From positions 534 to 64,533 of the forward strand of contig JABDFS010000002.1 in the NCBI GenBank assembly GCA_013286425.1: a DNA stretch of 64,000 nucleotides, given 5' to 3'. Source of the stretch: Bacteroidota bacterium (lineage in GTDB: Bacteria > Bacteroidota > Bacteroidia > Chitinophagales > Chitinophagaceae). The notes beneath the pieces are model-generated. The model worked only from the letters and a program-made list of their open reading frames with translations, did no database searches and was not told the DNA's origin. Shown here piece after piece: positions 9,889 through 19,291 of the stretch. The translations under genes and the position numbers were made by a program. Each line of letters opens with the position of its first letter. The stretch's first letter is position 1.

Positions 9889-11406
9889 CTAAACAAGCTT
9901 ATCTCTCAACAACGGCATACTCATACAATGCGATCCGCCACGCGCTCTTGATAATTCAGCTGATGGCAACAATATCAAAGTATCAGTAATGCTTTGCGCA
10001 TTTAAGCCTTCATCAAACTTTTTAAACAATTCAGTAGTAGTTATAACATTAAAACCTTCTTTACGAAAACCTGCAGCCGTAAAATCATTTCTGTCGTAAC
10101 CAATCACAACACCTTCTTTTAAAGCTACCACATTACAGGAATCAGTCCATTGCTCACGGTCATCGTAAGGAAATTCATTGCCACCACTGTAAATAATTTT
10201 TACATCTCCGGGTTTGCAATTATAGTCTTCAATGCTTACCTGTTTCAACAGGTCTTCTATGCCTGAAAGTTTTTTTGTTGTGCTGTAATCTGCATCAGCT
10301 TTGTAAGACTCATTAGCCGCCTTATAAAATTGCAATACTTCAGGTTCTTCAATAGCAATTAAATCCGGTTGATGCATTAACCTGCGCAGGTAAGATTGCT
10401 TCACCATATTTTCCGTAGCAATAATATTTTCAGAATATCTGCCATATAAAACCCACACGTTGCGCTTTACCTGTGTGAAGATGGTATCAATATGCATTTG
10501 CGCGCGGTTCTTTGCAATTTTCACAACAGATATTTTTTCAATTCCTAACTCTTTTGAAAAGATAGTGTGAATGATTTCATTGATTGCGTTTGATGATGTT
10601 CTCTCGCTGCAGCCAACAATTAAATGGCGCGGATGTATCATCATTATATCGCCGCCTTCAATACTTATAAAACGAGCTTTGCGTTCAACTTCTTCATATA
10701 AAAAAAAGTCGCTGTCTTCAATTACTTCTATCACTTTGGAAGCATCTTCATTAAACAGAAAATACATGGCGAGAAATTTTGTTATCAAAGACTCACGCTT
10801 TCTTGCTGTTGTTGCCATACGGCTTAGCAGGATATGGTCTTTGAGCATGATGCCAATATCTCTTGTGAAAATAAAATTTGGTATAGGCGGGAATATGTAT
10901 TGATCTTCTTTTAACCCACTGGCAGATTTTGGTAATATGCCGCTGATGAGAATCTTTGCAAGCAATGCTGTATCGTCAATTGCTTCCAACTGCAATTGTG
11001 TTTGATGGCTTGATTCTTCATATGAACAAACAGCAGAAATTAATCGCAATTTTACACGGTCATCCTTTAATATTTGTTCAAGCAAATGCTGCACTTCAAG
11101 CACTTTAGCAGAATTAAAATATTCTTTTTTACCGGGAATAAAACAATTTGCTTTTGATTTTTCATCACAACTTTCCTGGTATTTCTTAATGTATTTTATT
11201 TTTTCAGGATCAAGAAAATACAACAGCAGCATTACATAATGATTGTATTCTTTCTGCATGCTTTTTAAATGAACAATATCATCATACAAATTATCAGAAA
11301 AAGTACCGGGGATTATTTTGCCGATACCACCATCAGGACTATGAATAATTAATTTTCGAAGTGTTCCAACTTCAGATTCTACATAATATTTTTTGTCATC
11401 ATGCAT
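9889..11406 (-). CDS. Arginine deiminase family protein
   Basis: VESEVGTLR, FTRD, IEGGD, MHIDT, ELSRARGGSHCMSMPL catalytic motifs. Confidence 0.88.
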   Translation of the reverse strand: MHDDKKYYVESEVGTLRKLIIHSPDGGIGKIIPGTFSDNLYDDIVHLKSMQKEYNHYVMLLLYFLDPEKIKYIKKYQESCDEKSKANCFIPGKKEYFNSAKVLEVQHLLEQILKDDRVKLRLISAVCSYEESSHQTQLQLEAIDDTALLAKILISGILPKSASGLKEDQYIFPPIPNFIFTRDIGIMLKDHILLSRMATTARKRESLITKFLAMYFLFNEDASKVIEVIEDSDFFLYEEVERKARFISIEGGDIMMIHPRHLIVGCSERTSSNAINEIIHTIFSKELGIEKISVVKIAKNRAQMHIDTIFTQVKRNVWVLYGRYSENIIATENMVKQSYLRRLMHQPDLIAIEEPEVLQFYKAANESYKADADYSTTKKLSGIEDLLKQVSIEDYNCKPGDVKIIYSGGNEFPYDDREQWTDSCNVVALKEGVVIGYDRNDFTAAGFRKEGFNVITTTELFKKFDEGLNAQSITDTLILLPSAELSRARGGSHCMSMPLLRDKLV

Positions 11407-11497
11407 AAAAACAATTTTTGATTAATGAAGCAATAACTGTAAAACAATGGCAGCAATGCTGCGTCATTAGATGAGATTAAGAAAAATGGCAAGTAGG

Positions 11498-12205
11498 TTA
11501 TGCTTCTTCATAAGAGGGCTGCAAGATAAGCATTTTTGCTGCAATGCTTTTATCGATACCTTTCATGCTGATTATGCGAAATCGCACAAACATTTCTTCT
11601 TTATACCAGTTTTCGCTTCTTGTTTTTTGGATGACATCCACATGCTTTTGCATACTATAAGCAAAATCTTTCATCGCATTTTTATCTTCCCATATACTGA
11701 AAGTTGCTTGCCTAATCCACGGCATCTCTCCTATTCCATAAGAAATAATCAATCCCTTTGCAGCAGACATTTTTGAGGCAACACTACCTACATTATTCCA
11801 GAAATTTTTTAAGCGGTTCATTCGTATAGTTGCTCTTGTTAAAACAGCAATTGAACCATTATAATTTGTTTGCTTTGGCAGTTCGCCGAAGATTTTTTTC
11901 TTATCCCACAAACCATGGCCCTCTATTGGCTGCAATAAAAATTCTTTTATATTACAATGAAAAAAATTCCAATACTTATAAATGAATTTCGGTGTCGATA
12001 TTATAGCATCTTCGGCAGTAAATAATAATGCCCATTGATTGAAATCAGGATGAATATCAAATGTTCCGTTTTTACCGCTGCCCATCAACTTAAAAAACTT
12101 AATTCTTTTATTAAAGTACAAAGGCAAACGAAACAATGCCATTGATAAAAAGCCAAACAGCCCCAGATATTTTGGATAACGCGTTATAATAAGCGTGCAA
12201 TACAA
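11498..12205 (-). CDS. Spheroidene monooxygenase CrtA-like protein
   Basis: KLMGSG, P..G.W, AVLTRATIR, GIGEMP..QATFSIW, WYKEEMFVRF. Confidence 0.75.
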   Translation of the reverse strand: MYCTLIITRYPKYLGLFGFLSMALFRLPLYFNKRIKFFKLMGSGKNGTFDIHPDFNQWALLFTAEDAIISTPKFIYKYWNFFHCNIKEFLLQPIEGHGLWDKKKIFGELPKQTNYNGSIAVLTRATIRMNRLKNFWNNVGSVASKMSAAKGLIISYGIGEMPWIRQATFSIWEDKNAMKDFAYSMQKHVDVIQKTRSENWYKEEMFVRFRIISMKGIDKSIAAKMLILQPSYEEA

Positions 12206-12208
12206 GCT

Positions 12209-12853
12209 CTATGTTTTTGTAACGAAGAAAATAAGCGCGCACAATATTATCGCAATAACTACAGCAAGAATTATTTTATTCTTTTCCCAACGTTCTTCTT
12301 TTTGCTGCTGCTGTATGATTGAATTTAATTTATACTGCAACCATTCATGCTCATAATAAAATGGCATTAATAATTTAATCAATTGTTTTGTTTGATACGA
12401 TTGTAAATGCTGCGCTGCAATAGTTACATGTTCAAGAAACTGCTGCAACATTGCAGGATTGGTTTGTATCAACAAAGTAAGGTCGTCCGGAAATAGCTGT
12501 TGAATTATGTACAACAAGGCGCTTTTGTTTATGCGAAATGGGTCGCTGCGCTTTACATATTCATTTATTTTTTTTGCACGATTTATTAATGATTCAATCG
12601 TTTCAACCGGCCTTTTGTATTCTTCTTCTGCGGTTAAATAACGTTCATAGTTATACTGCTTTCTTGCATCATTATCTGAAAGGACTTTATATGCTTCGGC
12701 TGCATCACTGAATACTGCGGCAGCCAATGCATCATCAGGATTTCGGTCAGGATGATATGCCATCGCAATCTTCCTGTAAGCATTTTTTATCTCGCCTGAT
12801 GTTGCAGATGATTTTACATTGAGTATCCTATAATAATCCTTCATGATAGCCAT
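12209..12853 (-). CDS. J-domain (DnaJ-like) protein with C-terminal TM helix
   Basis: KDYYRIL..IKNAYRK..YHPDRN; hydrophobic C-terminus. Confidence 0.88.
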   Translation of the reverse strand: MAIMKDYYRILNVKSSATSGEIKNAYRKIAMAYHPDRNPDDALAAAVFSDAAEAYKVLSDNDARKQYNYERYLTAEEEYKRPVETIESLINRAKKINEYVKRSDPFRINKSALLYIIQQLFPDDLTLLIQTNPAMLQQFLEHVTIAAQHLQSYQTKQLIKLLMPFYYEHEWLQYKLNSIIQQQQKEERWEKNKIILAVVIAIILCALIFFVTKT

Positions 12854-12959
12854 GCATAGCGAAAGTAAGTTTCATTCGCATGAAATTCATGCAAATCATT
12901 ATTCAATTATAAAGGATAGGTTTATTGTAAATGCTGGTTACTCAAAGTCGAAGTATAAA

Positions 12960-14174
12960 CTATCGCTGACTCGCGATCAATAAATTCAAATCGGTAAACT
13001 TCAGATCAAAACGCTGACTTATGTACAAATCGGTTAAATGGCCTCGATACATATATACACCATTGCGCAAATTAAAATTATGCCACATCATTTCTTCAAG
13101 ACCGCCGGCATCGCCCGTATCTAACAATAAAGGCATAAGCACATTGCTGATAGCATGGCTTGCTGTGCGCGCATAACCACTTGGAATATTCGGAACACAA
13201 TAATGTATAATGCCATGCTTTACAAATGTTGGATGTTCATGCGTTGTTATTTCACTTGTTTCAAAACAACCACCACGATCAATGCTTACATCAATAATGA
13301 CACTTCCGGGACGCATGGCCTCAACCATTTCTTCTGTAACAACAATCGGGCTTCTGCCACCTTCGTTCGTTAATGCACCAACAGCAACTTCGCAGGTCTT
13401 TAATTGTTTTGCGAGTATACGTGGCTCCATAACACTTGTCCAAACACGCATACCAAGATTATTTTGCAAACGCTTTAAACGATACACATTGTTATCAAAA
13501 ACTTTTACAGACGCGCCCATTGCAAGTGCAGTACGTGTTGCAAATTCACCAACAACACCGGCACCGATGATAATAACCTTTGTTGGCGGAATACCACTAA
13601 TACCACCCAACAAAACACCTTTGCCATTTTCCCTGCTGCCTAAAAATTGGCCCGCAATTAGCATAGCTGCGCTGCCCGCGATCTCACTCATGCAACGGAC
13701 GATAGGGTAAGTTCCGCTATCATCTTTTAAATTTTCAAAACCAAGTGCTGTTATCTTTTTCTCCATCATATTTTCTAACAATTCTTTTTTCAACATAGAA
13801 AGATGAATAGGAGAAATTATAATTTGATTCATTTGAAGAAATGCAAGATCTTCTTCCATTACAGGCGCGCTTTTAATAAGCATCGGAGCTTTGTATACTT
13901 CTCTTTTCTTTAAAGCTATCTGTGCTCCAGCCTCACTAAAATCATTGTCAGAATATTTGCTTCCTTCACCGGCTTTTGTTTCCACAATTACCTGGTGGCC
14001 ATTACTTACTAAAACGTTTATTGCCTCGGGAATTAAAGCCACACGGTTTTCCTGCAATACCGTTTCTTTTGGAATGCCAATAGTTAGCTTGGCGCTTTGT
14101 GGCCTTATATCTAATTTTTCTTCCTGCGTTTCAAAACTGAAACCAGCGCTTATTACCGGTTTGGTAGTTGCCAT
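12960..14174 (-). CDS. ald: Alanine dehydrogenase
   Basis: IGIPKE..ENRVAL, MSEIAG, GVLLGG, IDVSIDRGGCFET, HYCVPNIP. Confidence 0.9.
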   Translation of the reverse strand: MATTKPVISAGFSFETQEEKLDIRPQSAKLTIGIPKETVLQENRVALIPEAINVLVSNGHQVIVETKAGEGSKYSDNDFSEAGAQIALKKREVYKAPMLIKSAPVMEEDLAFLQMNQIIISPIHLSMLKKELLENMMEKKITALGFENLKDDSGTYPIVRCMSEIAGSAAMLIAGQFLGSRENGKGVLLGGISGIPPTKVIIIGAGVVGEFATRTALAMGASVKVFDNNVYRLKRLQNNLGMRVWTSVMEPRILAKQLKTCEVAVGALTNEGGRSPIVVTEEMVEAMRPGSVIIDVSIDRGGCFETSEITTHEHPTFVKHGIIHYCVPNIPSGYARTASHAISNVLMPLLLDTGDAGGLEEMMWHNFNLRNGVYMYRGHLTDLYISQRFDLKFTDLNLLIASQR

Positions 14175-14209
14175 ACCCTGTTTGATTGGATTATAAAAAT
14201 AAGATTAGT

Positions 14210-14635
14210 TTACGTTAATGAAGATAGAATGCTTAACCTTCGTTCAGAATTATTTATTGCTTCTAATGAAATATATAAAGTGCCTTCAGGTAAAAGCTGC
14301 GGAAACTTTTCAGGCCATTCAATAAAACAATAAGTACCGCTTTCAATACAATCTTCGCAGCCGGCCTGAATGGCTTCTTCTTCATTTTTCATGCGATACC
14401 AGTCCATATGAAAAATTGTTCCTGCAACAGCGCTTGTGTATTCATTAATGATGGCAAACGTTGGGCTACCTACTGCACTACTTACTTTCAATACATCGCA
14501 TAATGCATGAATGAACGTTGTTTTGCCGCTGCTCATTGTTGCCTGGAAAGCCCAAACTTTTTTTGAGTTGTATTCATCCCACAATTGTTCTGCAACTTTT
14601 TTTATTTCGGAAAGATTATAATTGAGTTGTTTCAA
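14210..14635 (-). CDS. tsaE: tRNA threonylcarbamoyladenosine biosynthesis ATPase TsaE
   Basis: GKTT P-loop, SPTFAIINEY, HMDWYR, IEWPE; TTG start. Confidence 0.92.
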   Translation of the reverse strand: MKQLNYNLSEIKKVAEQLWDEYNSKKVWAFQATMSSGKTTFIHALCDVLKVSSAVGSPTFAIINEYTSAVAGTIFHMDWYRMKNEEEAIQAGCEDCIESGTYCFIEWPEKFPQLLPEGTLYISLEAINNSERRLSILSSLT

Positions 14636-14640
14636 AAATT

Positions 14641-14720
14641 ATTTTTATTTGGTTACCAACAAATGAACTCCGATTAAACTTCGTCGCAACACTGCAGCTA
14701 CATATCATTATTCAGCTTCA
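14641..14720 (-). repeat. Family A repeat, copy 3 (reverse orientation)
   Basis: Minus strand TGAAGCTGAATAATGAT..AGTGTTGCGACGAA..TTCATTTGTTGGTAACCAAA. Confidence 0.7.
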
Positions 14721-14877
14721 GTTTTATATTCATAGTTGCTTATTAATATATAAACATTTATAAAATGAACACTGAATGTTTTATAATTTCAAACAATCAA
14801 CATTCAATATTCAATGCTCAAGGTTTGTTCTTCAAATGAATATTGTTTATTGTTTATTGAACATTGAATATTCCATA

Positions 14878-15225
14878 TTACTTCTCTTCAGGGGTCGGGG
14901 GCTTTAACTTCTCATTCTCCTTATGCCTTGTTGCATCCCGCACATTTTTCTTCTCAAAATTCTTTTGTAAAGCTTCTGTAAGATCAACACCGGTTTGATT
15001 GGCAAGACAAAGCAATACCCAAAGCACATCTGCAAATTCATCACTTAAAGAATTGCTTTTATCAGATTCTTTAAATGATTGTTCGCCATAAGTGCGCACT
15101 ATTAATCTTGATAACTCTCCTACTTCTTCCATTAAAATACCAAGATTGGTTAGCTCGTTAAAATAACGAACGCCGGTTGTTTTTATCCATCCATCAACAT
15201 CTTGTTGCGCTTGTTGTATTGTCAT
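14878..15225 (-). CDS. Single-domain MazG-like nucleotide pyrophosphohydrolase
   Basis: LMEEVGEL, DEFADVL, LANQTGVDL. Confidence 0.88.
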   Translation of the reverse strand: MTIQQAQQDVDGWIKTTGVRYFNELTNLGILMEEVGELSRLIVRTYGEQSFKESDKSNSLSDEFADVLWVLLCLANQTGVDLTEALQKNFEKKNVRDATRHKENEKLKPPTPEEK

Positions 15226-15265
15226 GATTTTATTTAAGGAATAAAATTAAATAGTGGTTTTGTTT

Positions 15266-15754
15266 TTAGCTCTCTTTTACAACCTTGTATTTTTTCAGTT
15301 TGCTTATTTTAGACTGAATAATAAATAAAGGTATCAACCCGATCACACCAAAAGAACAATCAATCAAAATATGAAAGAATGGGATACCTCGTATGCTGCC
15401 TGCAATAGCAGCAAGTGGTAAAATACAGATACAGGTTATGATCGCCCATTGAATTATCCAGCGATTACGTACGGGATGCTGGTAAACACCAATAAACAAA
15501 ATAGCAATAACAATGTGAGCAAAGGCAAGCCAGTCAAAGCCATAAAAAATAAAAGGATATTGTTTTTGTGTTTCCTGTAAAGCAACTACGACTTTCGATA
15601 ACCATTGTTTTATAGCAGTATCATCTGCAAAAATATTTGTATTGAGTAAAAATTTTAATTCCGATGGCAGTGGAAATACTGTTATACCACTTAACAACAA
15701 CGCAATTATAAAAAGTATGGTAAGAACACGTATCTGTTTTAAAAGCTTTGACAT
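15266..15754 (-). CDS. Hypothetical membrane protein
   Basis: Several TM segments; YGFDWLAFAH and IDCSFG motifs look conserved, function unknown. Confidence 0.75.
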   Translation of the reverse strand: MSKLLKQIRVLTILFIIALLLSGITVFPLPSELKFLLNTNIFADDTAIKQWLSKVVVALQETQKQYPFIFYGFDWLAFAHIVIAILFIGVYQHPVRNRWIIQWAIITCICILPLAAIAGSIRGIPFFHILIDCSFGVIGLIPLFIIQSKISKLKKYKVVKES

Positions 15755-15868
15755 GACAGGGGATATTTTTCAAAATAAAAATTATAACTGTCAAAAATAA
15801 ATACCCAACATTCAATAATCAACAATCGGTATTCAATGTTCAATTGTTTACGGTAAAACCAAAACAAA

Positions 15869-15900
15869 TAAAAAACCCCCGATACATCGGGGGATTTTTT
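15869..15900. terminator. Intrinsic terminator after rplL
   Basis: AAAAA-CCCCCGAT-AC-ATCGGGGG-A-TTTTTT, 22 nt past the rplL stop. Confidence 0.85.
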
Positions 15901-15922
15901 ATTACTACTTTAAGTGCAGAAC

Positions 15923-16300
15923 TTATTTTACTTCTATATCAGCACCAGCTTCTTTAAGCTTAGTTGCTATCTCATCTGCTTCTGCTTTAGAAACGCCTTC
16001 TTTAACAGGTTTTGGAGCGCCATCAACTAAATCTTTAGCTTCTTTCAAGCCAAGACCAGTTAAGTCTTTAACGATCTTTACAACCTGTAATTTGTTAGCG
16101 CCACCGCTTTTCAAAATAACATCAAAAGCTGTTTTTTCTTCAACAGCAGGAGCAGCAACGCCTGCAGCAGGACCTGCTACAGCAACTGCAGCAGCTGCAG
16201 GTTCAATACCATACTCTTCTTTAAGAATTTTTGCTAATTCATTTACCTCTTTAACGGTGAGGTTAACCAGTTGTTCTGCAAATGATTTTAAATCTGCCAT
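15923..16300 (-). CDS. rplL: 50S ribosomal protein L7/L12
   Basis: [22 protein letters not shown]. Confidence 0.99.
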   Translation of the reverse strand: MADLKSFAEQLVNLTVKEVNELAKILKEEYGIEPAAAAVAVAGPAAGVAAPAVEEKTAFDVILKSGGANKLQVVKIVKDLTGLGLKEAKDLVDGAPKPVKEGVSKAEADEIATKLKEAGADIEVK

Positions 16301-16503
16301 AGTTTTAAATTTTTGCCGCCTTCATTGCTCCCAGACATTCGGGACTCCGGCGGTAGTTTTAAAAAAATTTTTTGTCTTAACTACCCTAAGACTTAGGCTG
16401 CCTGTTTGTTTTATTTATCTCTTCAGGCTTGAGATAATATGTTGATTAGTTGATCGGTTAATAGGTTGACTGGTAAAGCATTTCAACTTTATCAACCCTT
16501 CAA

Positions 16504-17031
16504 CTAATTTGCTCTTTCTTCCAAAGCTTTTACCAAACTTGCAAGCTTGCTACCTGCGTTCAGGCCGCTGATAACATTCTTGGCAGGTGATTGCAATAAG
16601 CCAATGATTTCGCCAATAAGATCCTGCTTGCTTTTAAGTGTTTTCAATGTTTCTAGCTGATCGTTGCCAACAAAAACATCGCTGTCAATATAAGCTGCTT
16701 TTAAAACAGGTTTTTCTGTTTTGCTGTCAGTACGAAAAGTGCTGATGATCAATGCAGGCTCCTTTGCATCCTCGCTGAACATTAAAGCTGTAACCCCATT
16801 CAGACTGTCGAACATACCGGAATATCTTTCAGCATCAATGCTTTCAAGCGCTTTGCGGATAAGCGTGTTTTTAGCTACTTTCATTTCAACATTTTTGTTG
16901 AAACAAATACGGCGCAGTTTACCAATCTGGCTAACAGATAAAGCTTCTGTGTTGGTAACATAGAAGTTATTATATTGATTGAATTTCTCTTTCAGAGCTT
17001 CAATTACTTCATTTTTTTGATCCTTATTCAT
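16504..17031 (-). CDS. rplJ: 50S ribosomal protein L10
   Basis: VAKNTL, LKAAYID, LLQSPA; operon position. Confidence 0.98.
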   Translation of the reverse strand: MNKDQKNEVIEALKEKFNQYNNFYVTNTEALSVSQIGKLRRICFNKNVEMKVAKNTLIRKALESIDAERYSGMFDSLNGVTALMFSEDAKEPALIISTFRTDSKTEKPVLKAAYIDSDVFVGNDQLETLKTLKSKQDLIGEIIGLLQSPAKNVISGLNAGSKLASLVKALEERAN

Positions 17032-17072
17032 AAGAATATATTTTGTGCCATTCCCCTTTTAGGAGGATGGGG

Positions 17073-17765
17073 CTAATGAACAGATTTTGTATCAACAGTA
17101 ATACCAGGGCTCATTGAGCTGGCAAGGCTTACACCTTTCAGGTAAATACCTTTTGCTGTTGATGGTTTTAATTTGATGATAGTATTGATAAGTTCCTGTC
17201 CGTTTGCAGCAATTTTTTCAGGAGTAAAAGATACGCGGCCGATAGAAGCATGCACAATACCTGCTTTATCAACTTTGAAAGCGATCTTACCGCCTTTAAC
17301 TTCATTAACTGCTGCTGCAACATCGTTGGTAACGGTTCCTGTTTTAGGGTTCGGCATTAAATTGCGCGGACCTAAAATTTTACCGAGCTTACCAATCTTA
17401 GGCATTACAGACGGTGTAGCAATGATAACATCAACATCTGTCCAGCCACCTTCGATCTTCTGAACAAATTCATCCAGGCCAATAAAATCAGCACCTGCAG
17501 CTTTTGCATCTGCTTCTTTATCGGGAGGGCATAGTACCAATACTTTTTTTGTTTTACCCGTACCATGTGGTAAGTTAACGGTACCACGAACCTGTTGGTC
17601 TGCTTTTTTAGGATCAACACCTAAACGGATATGCAGGTCAACAGAAGCATCAAACTTTGCTGTATTTACTTCTTTAACCAGCGCTGATGCATCTTTTAAG
17701 GTGTATAATTTATTATTATCAACCTTTCCTTCTACTTGTTTTCTTTTTTTAGAAAGCTTTGCCAT
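17073..17765 (-). CDS. rplA: 50S ribosomal protein L1
   Basis: [30 protein letters not shown]. Confidence 0.99.
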   Translation of the reverse strand: MAKLSKKRKQVEGKVDNNKLYTLKDASALVKEVNTAKFDASVDLHIRLGVDPKKADQQVRGTVNLPHGTGKTKKVLVLCPPDKEADAKAAGADFIGLDEFVQKIEGGWTDVDVIIATPSVMPKIGKLGKILGPRNLMPNPKTGTVTNDVAAAVNEVKGGKIAFKVDKAGIVHASIGRVSFTPEKIAANGQELINTIIKLKPSTAKGIYLKGVSLASSMSPGITVDTKSVH

Positions 17766-17785
17766 TGTAATAAGTTTAAGTGTGA

Positions 17786-18229
17786 TTAATTGTTCCAGGG
17801 TGCAGTGCCTTCAACATTTAAACCCATGCTGCGGGCAGTACCGGCAACCATTTTCATTGCGCTCTCAACAGTAAAGCAATTCAAATCGGGCATTTTGTCT
17901 TTAGCAATTACTTCAATTTGTGCCCATGTTACTTTACCAACCTTTGCACGGTTGCTCTCTTTGGAACCTTTCTGAATTTTGGCAGCTTCTAATAATTGAA
18001 TTGAAGCGGGAGGAGTCTTGATAACGAAGTCGAAAGACTTATCAGTGTAAACAGTAATTAAAACAGGAAGTATTTTTCCAATTTTATCCTGTGTACGGGC
18101 ATTGAACTGTTTACAAAATTCCATGATGTTCACGCCCTTAGAGCCAAGCGCAGGACCAACCGGAGGTGCAGGGTTTGCCTGACCGCCCTTTACCTGCAGC
18201 TTTACATAGCCGGAGATTTCTTTAGCCAT
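17786..18229 (-). CDS. rplK: 50S ribosomal protein L11
   Basis: [28 protein letters not shown]. Confidence 0.99.
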   Translation of the reverse strand: MAKEISGYVKLQVKGGQANPAPPVGPALGSKGVNIMEFCKQFNARTQDKIGKILPVLITVYTDKSFDFVIKTPPASIQLLEAAKIQKGSKESNRAKVGKVTWAQIEVIAKDKMPDLNCFTVESAMKMVAGTARSMGLNVEGTAPWNN

Positions 18230-18243
18230 TTTTATAATTTTTA

Positions 18244-18284
18244 TTGGTTCAAACGTTTCGCGAAATCTATCGTGAAACTCCCAA
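18244..18284 (-). promoter_or_regulatory. Probable L1-binding autoregulatory leader of the rplK operon
   Basis: mRNA UUGG-GA-GUUUCACGA-UAGAUU-UCGCGAAAC-GUUUGAA-CCAA: two stems with an asymmetric GA internal loop just before the AUG, as in the E. coli L11-L1 leader. Confidence 0.7.
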
Positions 18285-18338
18285 GTTTATCCCAACTGTT
18301 ACGAAGGGAAAATATTCTAAAAGAACTTTTTGGGGCGG

Positions 18339-18346
18339 CAAAGATA
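18339..18346 (-). promoter_or_regulatory. Bacteroidota -7 promoter element for rplK
   Basis: Minus strand TATCTTTG matches TAnnTTTG; TTG about 22 nt upstream. Confidence 0.7.
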
Positions 18347-18445
18347 GTAGAATGCAAGAAAATAAACGCAAGGTTAAAGAGAAAGTTTGTGAAAGATTCG
18401 AAAAAGCGGAGAATTTGCATATAAAACATTGGATGAAATCTTAAA

Positions 18446-18480
18446 GCCGGGTGCAGATGTTATAAACATAGATGCTTCAA
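18446..18480 (+). repeat. 35-bp direct repeat, left copy
   Basis: GCCGGGTGCAGATGTTATAAACATAGATGCTTCAA, 33/35 identical to 25657-25691. Confidence 0.9.
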
Positions 18481-18886
18481 CTGTTGCGCCCTGATGACCT
18501 TATTAAACTCTTGCCTCCTTTTCAACGTCATCACGTGCCTGTCCCGATATGTTAGGGACGTGCGGGAATCCACCAATTATGAAAACGCAAGCCTCATTAT
18601 CATCATTTACCATATTTCAAAGATCTCCGGTTTCAAACCATTCAACACTGTTTCGTAAAACCGATATGCAAGATTAAAACAGGTTAAAAACATCATTTCC
18701 CGTTTGGGAACATTTAGGCACAAAAAGGACTAAAAGGGAACGTTTGGGCAGAAATGATAAAGGGAGTAAGGCAGAAGGCTTGAGGAAGGTAAGGTGGAAG
18801 AAAGAAGACGCAGGTAGGGTTACCTTATTAAGGCTAGTAAGTTGAACATCTTTGCGCCGTGCAGGGTTTTATTGCCGTTCATTTTT

Positions 18887-19291
18887 TCAGTTTTGCACTT
18901 CATAATTCAAAAAAAATCTTGCTGTTTCAATACTTTCCTTAAAAGACACAGGCTTGGTTATGTAACGTTCTGCACCAAGTAATAAACATTTATCTTTTTC
19001 AAAAGGGTTGATAGAAGTAGAATATATAATAACAGGTATATGCCTGAACTTTTTGTTCGTTTTTAAAATCTTTAAGGTTTCTGTGCCATTTAATACAGGC
19101 ATATTTAAATCAAGAACAATCAAAGAAGGAAAATCTTTCTCCACTGTGCTTTCCAATAATGTAACTATCTCGCGACCATTTTCCTTAAAATGAATAGCGT
19201 GTTCTGCATTGAGTTCTTTAAATGCCTCTAACAGAATTTCCCAATCTTCTTCATCATCATCAGCTAAAAGTATTTTCTGATTCATGTACAC
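18887..19291 (-). CDS. Single-domain response regulator
   Basis: LADDD, LDLNMP, YSTS, TKP. Confidence 0.92.
   Translation of the reverse strand: MYMNQKILLADDDEEDWEILLEAFKELNAEHAIHFKENGREIVTLLESTVEKDFPSLIVLDLNMPVLNGTETLKILKTNKKFRHIPVIIYSTSINPFEKDKCLLLGAERYITKPVSFKESIETARFFLNYEVQN

Noticed and set aside
14520-14545. Atypical TsaE P-loop (ATMSSGKTT)
   Set aside because: GKTT and the other motifs are intact; likely natural variation or a single-base error.
18241-18444. Short ORFs upstream of rplK as leader peptides
   Set aside because: They overlap the promoter and the L1-type RNA leader and have no coding features.
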